DNA from: Eledone cirrhosa
Taxonomy: Eukaryota
Assembly (NCBI GenBank): GCA_964016885.1
Contig: OZ024742.1
Span: forward strand, 213,466,001 to 213,530,000
Direction of reading: 5' to 3'
Length of the DNA stretch: 64,000 nucleotides
Positions 1 to 14,792 of the stretch are shown one piece after another. Position numbers and translations under genes: made by a program. Below the pieces are notes generated by a model. That model saw only the letters and a program-made list of their open reading frames with translations. It had not been told where the DNA came from and did no database searches. Numbering within the stretch: position 1 is the first letter of the stretch; each line of letters begins with the position of its first letter.

Positions 1-430
1 TATGCATGTGTGACTGCTGGTTTTCCACAAACAACCTTGCCCGGACTTGGGGAACTTTCTAGATGCAAATTCCATGGACATTCGTGACCGAAGGTGGTCT
101 TTATCTTTACCTGTATCATTTTAGTGGTAATAGATGCTATTAATGATTGTTTTTGTAAGGGTGTGTTTGTTTTTAGAGTTGTTGTTATTCATCCATTTTT
201 TTCTCTTGAGAAGAGTTTGTATTTGGATTCTTTCTCGTCTATGAATATTGAATGAGCATCAAATCATGTAAATGGTTGCTTAAGAAATAAATCTATTGTT
301 TGGTTTATGTACGGAGCGATGATATAGTAGAGATGTTGGTATCTATACTATTCATCTCAATAACACTTCGACCACACCCAGTTATAGATATCTCTCCCCA
401 ATAAAATATTACCTATACTATAAAGATAAT

Positions 431-612
431 TGTTTCTACTTTTGGCACAAGGCCAGCAATTAACCAGTGCATTACTGGTACTTTATTTTATCGACCCCGT
501 AAGGATGAAAGGCAAAGTTAACCTCGGCGGGATTTGAACTCAGAATGGCAAGGGCCGTAACTATGCGTCAAAGCATGGCGTCCGACTGTCTACCGATACT
601 GCCAATCCCCCC
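431..612 (-). mobile_element. tRNA-derived SINE (octopus-type, short variant) with 10-bp TSD
   Basis: On the minus strand: A box TGGCAGTATCGG, B box GAGTTCAAATCC, core GCCTTTCATCCTTACGGGGTCGATAAAATAAAGTACCAG; TSD TAAAGATAAT at 421-430 and 613-622. Confidence 0.9.
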
Positions 613-944
613 TAAAGATAATAGAAGGTGATGGTTAACTACACAGGATGCTAGATTAACTTGCTACCTACCCAATAAACAACAGAAGTATCAACTCATT
701 ATCAGCTACATCAACAAAAGTATCTAGAAGAATAGCAACAAAAACAACAAAAGCAGCAAATGTATGTGTGTACAAAAAGAAAAACACACACACATGTACG
801 CTAACACCATGACCTCAGCCTCAACTACAACAATACACATCCTCTGAGCCCGGATGAACCAGCAGTACTGTCAGTAGGGTCGAAATTGTGTAAGTCCATT
901 TCGACAGCTGATGACTAAGGATTTATCTTATATAAATATATATA

Positions 945-3900
945 CTAGCAGAAGCACCCGGCGTTTCCCGGGTACAAGTCGACCTTTGCTCTGTTGTTAA
1001 AATGTGTGCAAAAACCTTCGAACCTCTAGGAAAAAGACAGAGGTTAGTAGACGCAGGTGTGTAATTGAGCATAAATAATGGATCAATTGTAGGTTCACAG
1101 TGTATCGTTGAAATTGTTCTTTGCACGACTGACGGAAGTCAAATTCACATGAAATTGAATTTTCAGTTGATTTTTAAAGCAGGGTGAAAAAGTCGAACTT
1201 TTCACAGTTTTTTTTTTTTCTACAATTTTCGCGCTCACATGTGCAGAAGGAGAAATAAAAGGGACTTTATCTGAACTGCGGCATAATGGCGAGTCTTTTG
1301 CGACAGTTTTCAAGAAAATCGGACGTTCCTGTAAAAAGTTTTCCCATGTGCAACTTTGCCTTGTTTTTTGCGCAAAGTCGAACCCCCGCTTCAATTTTTT
1401 ACATGAATGCGAGACCTCTGAAGTAGATTTGAGTATCTAAAAACCTGTCCCGGTAAATTTGCTATATGTGGAAAAAAGTTGATCAAAATTGTGTCTAGGG
1501 TTATGCCCTTTGCAACAGCCTCAACGTGTCTTCAAGTATGGTTTGTTAATTTGTTGTGGAACTAAATCGACTTTCGTCAAATGGGACCGAAGAAACAATG
1601 TTTCCATTTGTCTTTCTAGCTGGTGTACCCGGTTACACTCGGAGTTATAAGGCGTTGGATTTAAACGGGTCTGCCCTAAATTCCAGCAGGATGCTTTAAC
1701 CGAAATAAATGAAGAACAAACGTTTCTTTTTGTGCTCCAATCTGTGATATTGGTATTTTGAAAAAATAGTCCACAAACATCCATGGAGCATGTGTAACGC
1801 ATGTATCAGGTTATGAGAAAAAGGGATTTCGATTCTCCATTCATAAGATACCAACAAATTGCACGCCCAATTCATAGCTGAAAGGTAAGAATCAAGTGGA
1901 ATAGTGTTTTGCGACATTGTTAAATGTACAACCGTACAAAAGCAAAGGATGTGGCCATTGAAATTTAGGTAGACCAAAGAATTTGGTGGGGTTGTATATC
2001 AGAGGATTGTTTTCCTTGTGATTCGCGTCTAGCCTACAAAGTGAAGTTAGATGATTGTAGTCGGTGTTGTATCAATAAAAAATAAAAGCATACGGAAGAG
2101 TGAACACTTACGAATTAAGTGAAAATCACGTTGATATTCCTATCGGAGCAACGTGTGCCGAAAAACCTGACGGACTGTTGTATCAATATTGAAATCGTAG
2201 AAATTGCGAATCCCGACCTCTAAGATGTAATGGATAGGCCTTGGAGGTGAAGAGGAGAATTAGTACAATTGTTTTGCTGACCATTAATTGAAATAGACTT
2301 ACGCAGCACCATCGTGCGGTTTTGTTGTTTATGGCCTAGAATGAGGGCCGGTTAAACGCGGCAGAAAAATAAGCCATGTTGATGATGTTTAGGGGCGTCG
2401 CAGGGAATAGGTGCGGCGTTGTGAGTCAATTGTGAGGACAGTGGAAGGCACGCTGATCGTTTGAGAAGATGCGATGCTACACAGGATGCTTCTCGGCCAT
2501 AATTGACAGAAAGGCATGTCAGGAGAAATGAAAGAGTTGCTATTCATCCTTTGCTTAGGATGATGAACATGTAATTAAAAAGATTTACCATGGACTATCG
2601 TGCACGTTGGTATTGTGTTTAGCCTGCGAAAATCGGTGGTCAAATGGGGCAACAATAAGCCATGCTGATGACGTTTAAGCGGGTGGCAAGGAATTGATGC
2701 GGCATAGATAGCCATGGGTGTCTTGAAGGAGCGCGGCGGCCAGGAAAAATAAAGGGCCGAGGAGGTGATGGTGGCTGATGGTGCATGGATGGTGCATGGA
2801 TGCGGCATCCTGAGGCATGACGATGCAGTGGGACAACGGCCAGCAGGCAAGGAAGAGGGCAGGGATGGACGGTGGCAAGGATGTCGCATGGTGAGCCATG
2901 GCAGTCTCGAAGGAGCACTGCGGGCAGGCAAAAGAAAGGGCCCAGGAGGGGATGGCGGCTGACAGAGCATTGATGCGGCATGGTGATGTATGACGATGCA
3001 GTGGGACGACGGCGTGCAAGGAACGGAGAGGGCAGGGTTTGACGGTGGCAGGGATGCGACTTGGTCCCTCAAGACTGCCATGCCTAGGCAGTGGAAAGGG
3101 TTCGGAGTGGATGGCGGCTGACAGGGCAGGGATGCAACATAATGAGGCATGACGAAAGGGCAAGGTGCATGGCGGCTGACAGGGCATGGATGCGGCATGC
3201 CAATTGAGTTGCACCTCGGGAATGTAGAGAGCACCGGGAGGCACGATGATTGTTTGAGAAAACCGGGTGCAAGGCAGGATGTTCATCGGTCATACATGAT
3301 CGGTAGCCTTTGGAGGAGAAAGGGGTGAATTTTTGTTTAATTATGTTAAATATGGTCAAAATGAATGTAAAAAGACTTACACAGGATCGTCTTTATGTTA
3401 GGTGCTGTCTTTGGTCTGAGATAATTGGCGGTTATGTGCGGCGCAGGAATAAACCATGCTGATGACATTTGAGCAAGTTGCTGATAGGGTAGGAATGCCG
3501 CATGGTGAGCCAAGGCAGTCGTGCGGGCAAGGGAGAGGGCAGGTGTTGACGGTGGAAGGGATGCAGCTTGGTTAGGCATGGCAGTCTTGAAGGAGCACGG
3601 CGGGCAGGCAAAATAAAAGGCTGAGGAGGGGATGGCGGCTGACAGATCATGGATGCGGCATGGTGAGGCATAACGATGCAGTGGGTCGACGGCGTGCAGA
3701 GAAGAGAGATGGCCGGGATTGACGGTTGCAGGGATTCCGCATGGTGAGCCATGGCGCTCGTGAAGGACCAAGGCATGCGGGCAAGTGAGAGGGCAGGGGT
3801 TGATGGTGGCAGGGATGCGGCTTGGTTAGGCATGGCAGTCTTGAAGGAGCACGGCGGGCAGGCAAAATAAAAGGCTGAGGAGGGGATGGCGGCTGACAGA

Positions 3901-5070
3901 TCATGGATGCGGCATGGTGAGGCATAACGATGCAGTGGGTCGACGGCGTGCAGAGAAGAGAGATGGCCGGGATTGACGGTTGCAGGGATTCCGCATGGTG
4001 AGCCATGGCGCTCGTGAAGGACCAAGGCGTGCGGGTAAGGGAGAGGGCAGGGGAGGGCATGGCGGCTGACAGAGCATGGATGCGGCATGGTGAGGCATGA
4101 CGATGCAGTGCGACGACGGCGTGCAGGGAAGGGAAAGGGCAGGGGTTGTCGGTGGCAGGGTTGTGGCTAGGTCAGGAATGGAAGTATTGAGCACTCCCGG
4201 AATGTAGGCAATGGAAATGGGCAGGGGTGGACGGTGGCAGGGATTCGGCATGTTGAGCCGTGGCAGTCCTTAGGGACCACGGAGGGAAGGCAATGGAAAG
4301 GGCCGGAGAATGAATTGCGGCTGACAAGGCAGAGATGCGCATGGTGATGCACAACGATGCAGTGGGTCGATGGCGTGCAGGGCAGGGGTTGACGGATGCC
4401 TCATTAAGCTACGGTAGTGGGACCACGGGAATGAAGAGAGCGCATGGAGGCTCGATGATCGCTTGAGAAGACTGGGCGCAATACAGGATGATGCGCGGCG
4501 GTATAGTCTTGATAGTCCTTATATAAGAAATGGAAGAATCGGCATAAAAGGTTTGCTGAATATGGTGAGCGTTAATTTAAAGAGACTTACGGAGGATAGA
4601 TTGAACGTTTTTTGCATGGCGGGAGTCGCGACAAATGGAAGAATGGCGTTTTTCGGTTGCCGGATTTTTGCCTCTGGGCGTCCGATTATCAATCTTTTGA
4701 AAATTTCAATTACCCGCATCAAAATACATACCTACGCCAAATTTTATTGGAATCGGACAAATTTCGTAAATGTTTGCCTCTGGTGATCCAATTATCGAGT
4801 TTTAGAAAATTTAATGTAGCCCACGTTCATCCCTGCATCAAAATACACACTTGCGTCGAGTTTCATCAAACTCGGACGATTTTTGAAAATATCGATGTTT
4901 GGCTTCAAGGGGCCCGATTATAGATTTTTCGAAAATTTCAATTAGCCTATTACAATCTACGGGTCGAGTTTTATATATGTGTCAAGTTTCATGAAAATTG
5001 GATGAACGGTGTAGCTTGCAAGTTCGGGACACCAAACAAACAAACAACGCCCAACTTCACTTTATATATA

Positions 5071-5073
<3 letters not shown>
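945..5073 (-). mobile_element. Non-autonomous Helitron, about 4.1 kb
   Basis: Minus strand begins A|TCTTATATA with subterminal (GTTT)n and ends with hairpin ACCCGGGAAACGCCGGGT then CTAG|T; both termini match the element at 32074-32699. Confidence 0.75.
2280..4620. repeat. GC-rich hierarchical minisatellite inside the Helitron (about 85-bp monomers, near-exact 254-bp duplication)
   Basis: Recurring GATGCGGCATGGTGAG(C/G)CATG and GGCGGCTGACAG motifs; sequence at 3601 recurs at 3855; larger module recurs near 2450, 3245 and 4455. Confidence 0.9.
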
Positions 5074-5135
<62 letters not shown>

Positions 5136-5142
<7 letters not shown>

Positions 5143-5554
5143 GTTTGAATATGTGTAATAAGGCCAAGACAATGCAGGTATGGACATAGAAAAAAGAATG
5201 CAATAGTGAAAGATATGGATGTGAATTCGTCTTTCACCTTGAATTTATTTAAATGTCCTTAATTTTCGAGATAATATCTCTTCTTCGGAGGGAAGTAAAG
5301 GTCTCAAACCAGCGTGGCTTGATTAGAGATTTAAAGACGCTGGTTTGAGACCTTTACTTCCCTCCGAAGAAGAGATATTATCTCGAAAATTAAGGACATT
5401 TAAATAAATTCAAGGTGAAAGACGAATTCACATCCATATCTTTCACTATTGCATTCTTTTTGCTATGTCCATACCTGCATTGTCTTGGTCTTATTACACA
5501 TATTCAAACGTTTATACCTCATTACACAATGCTTCAAGTGAACTATAACCTCCT

Positions 5555-5557
<3 letters not shown>
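5136..5557. mobile_element. Fold-back PLE terminal-repeat remnant (family A), 180-bp inverted arms, in a (TA)n tract
   Basis: 5136-5315 is the reverse complement of 5337-5516 (about 2 mismatches, 21-nt spacer); homologous to the 3' end of the PLE at 39423-39585. Confidence 0.8.
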
Positions 5558-5610
<53 letters not shown>

Positions 5611-5845
5611 ATATATATATATATATATATAAGATATATATATATATATATATAGAGATAATTTAATATATCAACTAACATAGGCGCACAGATGCACGTC
5701 CATGCCAGCAAATACACAGGTTATGTCATAGTACCTAGGTGGTTCAATGCAGGAGGGTGCAGAACAATAATATAAAAGACGTAAAATAAGAAAATATTTT
5801 TAAAAAAATTTTTAAAAATTTTTTTACTTACTTACTTAAATTTTC

Positions 5846-5927
5846 ACTCCAACTAATTAGTTTCTGCAATGGGATAAAGACAGTTACATAATCCAACTGT
5901 CGAGAATTCATTGCGTCATCAGGGAGT
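5846..5927 (-). ncRNA. Type I hammerhead ribozyme, family B
   Basis: Reverse complement of 7041-7122. Confidence 0.85.
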
Positions 5928-6398
5928 CTATTCTCAGCTGAGCCTTCAGGCAATGCGCGGACACTAGCGGCTCATATAAAAATAATAATTCGGTAGAAAG
6001 AACAGCTAGGCGAGGACTGGATTCTATGTACTGAAATTCTCACTGCTTCCAGTCAAATGTCCGATTCTAAAGAATCAATCACGTGACATAGAGGCTAGTT
6101 AGAAGGAATGGGATGGTAAGATGACTGACGCCTACTAACACCCCAAAAAAAATTTTGAAGTGGTTTTGGCAGGTTTGCTCGACAAATCAGTGATTTGGAG
6201 ATAAATATAGATAATTTAATATATCAACTAACATAGGCGCACAGATGCACGTCCATGCCAGCAAATACACAGGTTATGTCATAGTACCTAGGTGGTTCAA
6301 TGCAGGAGGGTGCAGAACAATAATATAAAAGACGTAAAATAAGAAAATATTTTTTAAAAAATTTTAAAAAAATTTTTTACTTACTTACTTAAATTTTC

Positions 6399-6480
6399 AC
6401 TCCAACTAATTAGTTTCTGCAATGGGATAAAGACAGTTACATAATCCAACTGTCGAGAATTCATTGCGTCATCAGGGAGT
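6399..6480 (-). ncRNA. Type I hammerhead ribozyme, family B
   Basis: Reverse complement of 7041-7122. Confidence 0.85.
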
Positions 6481-7040
6481 CTATTCTCAGCTGAGCCTTC
6501 AGGCAATGCGCGGACACTAGCGGCTCATATAAAAATAATAATTCGGTAGAAAGAACAGCTAGTTGGAGTGAAAATTTAAGTAAGTAAGTAAAAAATTTTT
6601 TAAAAATTTTTTTAAAAATATTTTCTTATTTTACGTCTTTTATATTATTGTTCTGCACCCTCCTGCATTGAACCACCTAGGTACTATGACATAACCTGTG
6701 TATTTGCTGGCATGGACGTGCATCTGTGCGCCTATGTTAGTTGATATATTAAATTATCTATATTTATCTCCAAATCACTGATTTGTCGAGCAAACCTGCC
6801 AAAACCACTTCAAAATTTTTTTTGGGGTGTTAGTAGGCGTCAGTCATCTTACCATCCCATTCCTTCTAACTAGCCTCTATGTCACGTGATTGATTCTTTA
6901 GAATCGGACATTTGACTGGAAGCAGTGAGAATTTCAGTACATAGAATCCAGTCCTCGCCTAGCTGTTCTTTCTACCGAATTATTATTTTTATATGAGCCG
7001 CTAGTGTCCGCGCATTGCCTGAAGGCTCAGCTGAGAATAG

Positions 7041-7122
7041 ACTCCCTGATGACGCAATGAATTCTCGACAGTTGGATTATGTAACTGTCTTTATCCCATT
7101 GCAGAAACTAATTAGTTGGAGT
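7041..7122 (+). ncRNA. Type I hammerhead ribozyme, family B (predicted cut after GUU at 7117)
   Basis: ACTCC-CTGATGA-C-GCAATG..(GACAGTT/AACTGTC hairpin)..CATTGC-A-GAAA-C-TAATTA-GTT^GGAGT; stems I, II and III all pair. Confidence 0.88.
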
Positions 7123-7593
7123 GAAAATTTAAGTAAGTAAGTAAAAAAATTTTTTAAAATTTTTTAAAAAATATTTTCTTATTTTACGTCTTTTATATTA
7201 TTGTTCTGCACCCTCCTGCATTGAACCACCTAGGTACTATGACATAACCTGTGTATTTGCTGGCATGGACGTGCATCTGTGCGCCTATGTTAGTTGATAT
7301 ATTAAATTATCTATATTTATCTCCAAATCACTGATTTGTCGAGCAAACCTGCCAAAACCACTTCAAAATTTTTTTTGGGGTGTTAGTAGGCGTCAGTCAT
7401 CTTACCATCCCATTCCTTCTAACTAGCCTCTATGTCACGTGATTGATTCTTTAGAATCGGACATTTGACTGGAAGCAGTGAGAATTTCAGTACATAGAAT
7501 CCAGTCCTCGCCTAGCTGTTCTTTCTACCGAATTATTATTTTTATATGAGCCGCTAGTGTCCGCGCATTGCCTGAAGGCTCAGCTGAGAATAG

Positions 7594-7675
7594 ACTCCCT
7601 GATGACGCAATGAATTCTCGACAGTTGGATTATGTAACTGTCTTTATCCCATTGCAGAAACTAATTAGTTGGAGT
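7594..7675 (+). ncRNA. Type I hammerhead ribozyme, family B
   Basis: Identical to 7041-7122. Confidence 0.85.
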
Positions 7676-8146
7676 GAAAATTTAAGTAAGTAAGTAAAAA
7701 ATTTTTTTAAAATTTTTTAAAAAATATTTTCTTATTTTACGTCTTTTATATTATTGTTCTGCACCCTCCTGCATTGAACCACCTAGGTACTATGACATAA
7801 CCTGTGTATTTGCTGGCATGGACGTGCATCTGTGCGCCTATGTTAGTTGATATATTAAATTATCTATATTTATCTCCAAATCACTGATTTGTCGAGCAAA
7901 CCTGCCAAAACCACTTCAAAATTTTTTTTGGGGTGTTAGTAGGCGTCAGTCATCTTACCATCCCATTCCTTCTAACTAGCCTCTATGTCACGTGATTGAT
8001 TCTTTAGAATCGGACATTTGACTGGAAGCAGTGAGAATTTCAGTACATAGAATCCAGTCCTCGCCTAGCTGTTCTTTCTACCGAATTATTATTTTTATAT
8101 GAGCCGCTAGTGTCCGCGCATTGCCTGAAGGCTCAGCTGAGAATAG

Positions 8147-8228
8147 ACTCCCTGATGACGCAATGAATTCTCGACAGTTGGATTATGTAACTGTCTTTAT
8201 CCCATTGCAGAAACTAATTAGTTGGAGT
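8147..8228 (+). ncRNA. Type I hammerhead ribozyme, family B
   Basis: Identical to 7041-7122. Confidence 0.85.
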
Positions 8229-8299
8229 GAAAATTTAAGTAAGTAAGTAAAAAAATTTTTAAAAATTTTTTTAAAAATATTTTCTTATTTTACGTCTTT

Positions 8300-10347
<2,048 letters not shown>

Positions 10348-10357
<10 letters not shown>

Positions 10358-11011
10358 TCACAAGAATTAAAGCTATGTTCAAAGCATTTATTCACTTACA
10401 ATTGTTTCATCCAAACCTAGGCTTGGTGTCTTCGGAGCATTTTTCAATGTCTGTACACATAATTGACCTCCTTATATATAAATAGGACACACTTGCATGC
10501 CCCACGTGTAACTAACGCATACACTAACTACTACATCTGACTATCAAACTATCCTCTTGCATTCTCTGTGTTAACTGCCGAATGTATTTTAATTTTGTTT
10601 TAATTTTGTTTTAATTTTAATTTTGATTTGATTTTGAATTTGAATTGCTATACAGAAATAATATAGTATGATATATGTCACTCCACTGTACATCAATATA
10701 TATATATATGTATCTGTATGTCTCTTGCGTTGGAAAGGAGGTCAATTATGTGTACAAACATTGAAAAATGCTCCGAAGAATCCAAGCTTAGGTTTGGATG
10801 AAACAATTGTAAGTGAATAAATGCTTTGAACATAGCTTTAATTCTTGTGAATTCTATATAACTGCTCTGTAGAACAACTGATGTTATTACATTGAGCTAT
10901 TTATCTTACTGGTAATAAGGTAGTAATAAATTACTGACCTTTACTGTTTAGGGTTTAAAATATACATAACTATAAAAAGTTTTAGTATATACATAACCAT
11001 AAATAGTATCC

Positions 11012-11020
<9 letters not shown>
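10348..11020. mobile_element. Fold-back insert (family E), 126-bp inverted arms with HHR-like fold
   Basis: 10348-10473 vs 10735-10860. Confidence 0.75.
10769..10815 (+). ncRNA. Hammerhead-like fold, family E, core variant CCGAAGA
   Basis: TGCT-CCGAAGA-ATCCAAGC-TTAG-GTTTGGAT-GAAA-C-AATT-GTA^AGTG; second copy at 10393-10439(-). Confidence 0.65.
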
Positions 11021-11086
<66 letters not shown>

Positions 11087-11264
11087 ATATAGAAGAGGTT
11101 CTACGGGACTAGTACTGTTTCATTTGTGAGAAATCATCTTTTGTACTCTGCTATGCATTGAGTACCTTACTTACTGTGGTTACATCAGATTCAACCCGGA
11201 ATAACACATATATATATATATCAATAATATTTATAAATGGAAGCTATCTTTATAAAACCATATT

Positions 11265-11323
11265 TATTTTATTATATATTTCAAGGGTACCGAAATTTTG
11301 GTACGATCTCATCAGATAAAATA
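11265..11323 (-). ncRNA. Type I hammerhead ribozyme, diverged family C relative
   Basis: TATTTTAT-CTGATGA-GATC-GTACC..GGTAC-CCTT-GAAA-TAT-ATA^ATAAAATA. Confidence 0.75.
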
Positions 11324-11539
11324 CAAAAGTTGTTATACAGATAGTGACATATTAAAACTAGAACTTAATGTTGTGAGTTCGATTTAAACGAAAAGATAGT
11401 TTCCATTTATTAATATTATTGATATTATACTCCAGAAGAAAACTGTTGAGTCCTTCTAATCTGTTATAAACTAAATTTGTTGAACAATCAACAAATTAAA
11501 TAACTCATTGCTTATATATATTACGGTAAACATTGATGC

Positions 11540-12120
11540 ACTTCATAAATAAAACAAACAGAAGACAGGAGGCAATGTTTACAGTTATATTAGGTTCACG
11601 CTTGACGGAAGTGGAGGATATTTCGACGTTTCGGACAGAAGTCCTTCAAGAAATTTCGGATAGGGAGAGAACAGATACACGAAAGAGTAGTTAGAGAAGA
11701 TTAGGGAAGGAAATAAAAATAATAATAATTGTTTCTACTTTTGGCACAAGGCCAGCAATTACCCAGTACATACTGGTACTTTATTTTATCGACCCCGTAA
11801 GGATGAAAGGCAAAGTTAACCTCGGCGAGATTTGAACTCAGAATGGCAAGGGCCGTAACTCCATGCGTCAAAGCATGGCGTCCAGCCCTCTACCGATACT
11901 GCCAAACCACCGCCCTGATATAAAAATAATAATAATAATAAATAATAAAAATAACAGGGGTGAGGAGGTAATGATCCAGGCTGGTATGTCGGGGGCGGTT
12001 TGGGGTGGGGGGTGGGGTATGCGTTGGCATGGGTGTGGTTGAGTGTGTGTCGAAGGGGAGAAATTGGTAGAGTGCATGGCTTCAATATGGTCACAGTGTC
12101 ATGTGAAGAGAAGTCTGTCA
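11540..12120 (-). mobile_element. Non-autonomous PLE-like element (family G) with decayed HHR at 11620-11654, interrupted by a SINE
   Basis: Shares ATATTAGGTT(C/A)ACGCTTGA and GGAC..GTCC-GAAACGT with 53165-53327; core partly deleted. Confidence 0.55.
11730..11915 (-). mobile_element. tRNA-derived SINE (short variant)
   Basis: Same consensus as 431-612. Confidence 0.9.
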
Positions 12121-13203
12121 TATATATATAAGATTCGCCAACATTTTAAATAATTGTAATTAAATTATTTAAGTATAATACTCAGGCGAATATATGTGTG
12201 TATTGTGCGTGTATGTTTATGTGTGTATGTGTGTATAGAAAGAAGAAGAAAAGAAAAATAGATAACTATATAACATTTTGGTGAGTGATAACTGCTAGTG
12301 AATGTAAACACCACGGATGACAATGGTAACCACTGTAATGACTGCAGTTTTTACAACAAAAAAAAAAAACCTGCGTACCAACATTCACTAGAATTACTTC
12401 TGATAACAGAAGCCACAAGAGCAGCAGTGATAACAATGATATTGGCAGGTGAAGTAACCAGACTAGCAGTAGTATTGACAACAGTTTTTAGTTGATGTAA
12501 CAGCAACATATAAATTGAGAACAACAGTAGCAGCAGTAATAGTAAAATAAAAAAATAAAAAAATGAACAACAACAATAACAATAGCAGCAACAGTTGCCG
12601 TTGCAACAATACTCGTCAAATTTTAAAGTACATCCAGAATTAAAAGAAATACTTTTGCCTTGAGCTCTTCATACCACAAAGGGAGATGAATAACAGTGTC
12701 TTATGATTTCATCCAGGCTAGAAGTTGATCTTTCAATCCAATATCGTGCACTCGAAAAATAACTAGTTTTAGATGAACGGGTGCTTGCTTTAAACCATAC
12801 GAAGAAAATATGATGAATGCAATCTCAAAATATTGAAATATTATTAAGTATCCTTCTATTGCTGGAAAAGTGCCGCATCCATCAAAGTAAATAGTGAATA
12901 GCATATATTGGAGTATTGAAGGATATGTTTGATTCCAAACTACTGCAGAGCGGGGTCTGAAGCAGCTTTAGAAGTTTCGGTGGTTTGAAACCAGATGTAA
13001 AGCTGTATCAGACACGGTCTTCATTGGTGTTAGTGATGAATATTCGATCAGGATGGTAGAGGCCCGGAGAAAAAGACACTTAAGGACTATTTATTTTAAA
13101 ACAATGTTTTAAAAAAGACAACTGCGGCAACAAGAAACCAGTTGATCATCACAAAACCTGTCATTGCTACAAGGTTTAGACGGTTACTTCACTGTCTCTG
13201 GGA

Positions 13204-13287
<84 letters not shown>

Positions 13288-13723
13288 ATGAGTATGTAAG
13301 GTTGTGTGAGTGTTAAAGTGTAAAATCTAAACTCATTCGCTTAGTTTTATAACGGATCAAGTGATTAGTGTATCCACAAGTAACAGTTATGTGTTAGCTC
13401 GATTGCGTAATCTACGACTATGAGGGTGTGAGTGTGGGAACACATGTATTTATGTGGTTTATAGGTGTTTGTGTGTGTGTGTGCCTGTGTATGTGTATGT
13501 GTGCGCCTGTGTGAGACATTTTGATTTGTTCAGTTTCAATGCGATTGCAATCGAAATATTTACGTTTCCCAAGCTGCTATATCTTTGGCATTCAAATCGT
13601 TAATGAGTAGTGATCAGTAGCAATCAGGCAGAGAAGTGATTAACTATATAGCAACAATCCTAAACTATTTCTACTATGCCATGTCAAGAAAATCAACTTA
13701 GTTCTTATGCTGGTTACATAATG

Positions 13724-13948
13724 GTTTCTTCTTTAGGCTCAAGACTAACAATTTTTTTTTTGGGGGGGGGGGGGGAGTCGATTAAATCGACTCTAGTATA
13801 TCAATGGTACTTTATTTTATCGACCCCTTGAGGATGGAAGGCAAAGATAATGTTGGCGGGATTTGAACTCAGAACGTAAAGGACCATAACTCTGTACTGC
13901 TAAGCATATTGTCCGACGCTCTACCGGTTGTACTAATCCACTGCCTTA
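13724..13948 (-). mobile_element. tRNA-derived SINE (long variant) with 18-bp TSD
   Basis: Extra GTCGATTAAATCGAC hairpin segment; TSD TATGCTGGTTACATAATG at 13706-13723 and 13949-13966. Confidence 0.85.
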
Positions 13949-14195
13949 TATGCTGGTTACATAATGATAGGTGAAAGTATATAACGATTTCAATTGGTAG
14001 CTTTATCACCATATTGGTAAATCTGATAACAGACCCGAAGTCTTCCATTTATACAAAATTAGTGAAAATACAATTAAACGAAAGTTGTTTTTTCTCCCTT
14101 AATCGTTTTGAAGAGTCAGTATTGTTAGCATAACATTTCCTGGTAGAGATTTTTGTTAATCAGAATATGGTGATTAAAGTTTGAATTGAAATAAT

Positions 14196-14379
14196 TGTTT
14201 CTACTTTTGGCACAAGGCCAGCAATTACCCAGTACATTACTGGTACTTTATTTTATCGACCCCGTAAGGATGAAAGGCAAAGTCAACCTCGGCGAGATTT
14301 GAACTCAGATCGTAAAGGCACATAACTATGCTGGAAAGCATGGCGTCCGACCCTCTACCGATACTGCCAATCCACCGCC
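14196..14379 (-). mobile_element. tRNA-derived SINE with perfect 15-bp TSD
   Basis: TSD TTGAATTGAAATAAT at 14181-14195 and 14380-14394. Confidence 0.92.
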
Positions 14380-14682
14380 TTGAATTGAAATAATACAGGA
14401 GAAAATTATAATACAATGACGGTATATTAGTTTAACGTTTGATATAGTTGGAAAAAAGTCTTAAAATTTCAGACACTATGCCTTTATCGGAAGATAGAAT
14501 GAGAGTGAGAAAAAGAAGAGAGACGAGAGTACAATAAAAAGAAGAAAACGGGAAAAATTAATTAGGAGAGAGAGAGAGACCGAGCTGTTATAATCTGCCA
14601 TCTTTAAAAGTGAAAATTTCAGAACAAGGCTTGAGAGTTGCAGAGCTATCTAAAGGGATGCATTATATATATAAAGTTAACC

Positions 14683-14792
14683 TCAAATCCCGCCGAGGTT
14701 AACTTTGCCTTTCATCCTTACGGGGTCGATAAAATAAAGTACCAGTAATACACTGGGTAATTGCTGGCCTTGTGCCAAAAGTAGAAACAATT
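14683..14792 (+). mobile_element. 5'-truncated tRNA-derived SINE
   Basis: Starts in the B box, otherwise consensus. Confidence 0.85.

Noticed and set aside
431-612. tRNA gene
   Set aside because: A and B boxes belong to a multi-copy SINE with TSDs; no cloverleaf
848-945. CGGATGA..GAAA and CTGATGA-C-TAAG..CTTA hammerhead-like motifs
   Set aside because: The first has an altered core and no stem I; the second lacks GAAA. Possibly decayed but unsupported
2575-4354. Overlapping Pro/His/Cys-rich ORFs of 100-219 aa
   Set aside because: Open in several frames because of the GC-rich minisatellite; no domain signature
12640-13070. Possible host exon (minus-strand ORF 12701-12904)
   Set aside because: KLVIFRVHDIGLKDQLLAWMKS looks like a very decayed CR1/L2-type RT fragment; too weak to call either way
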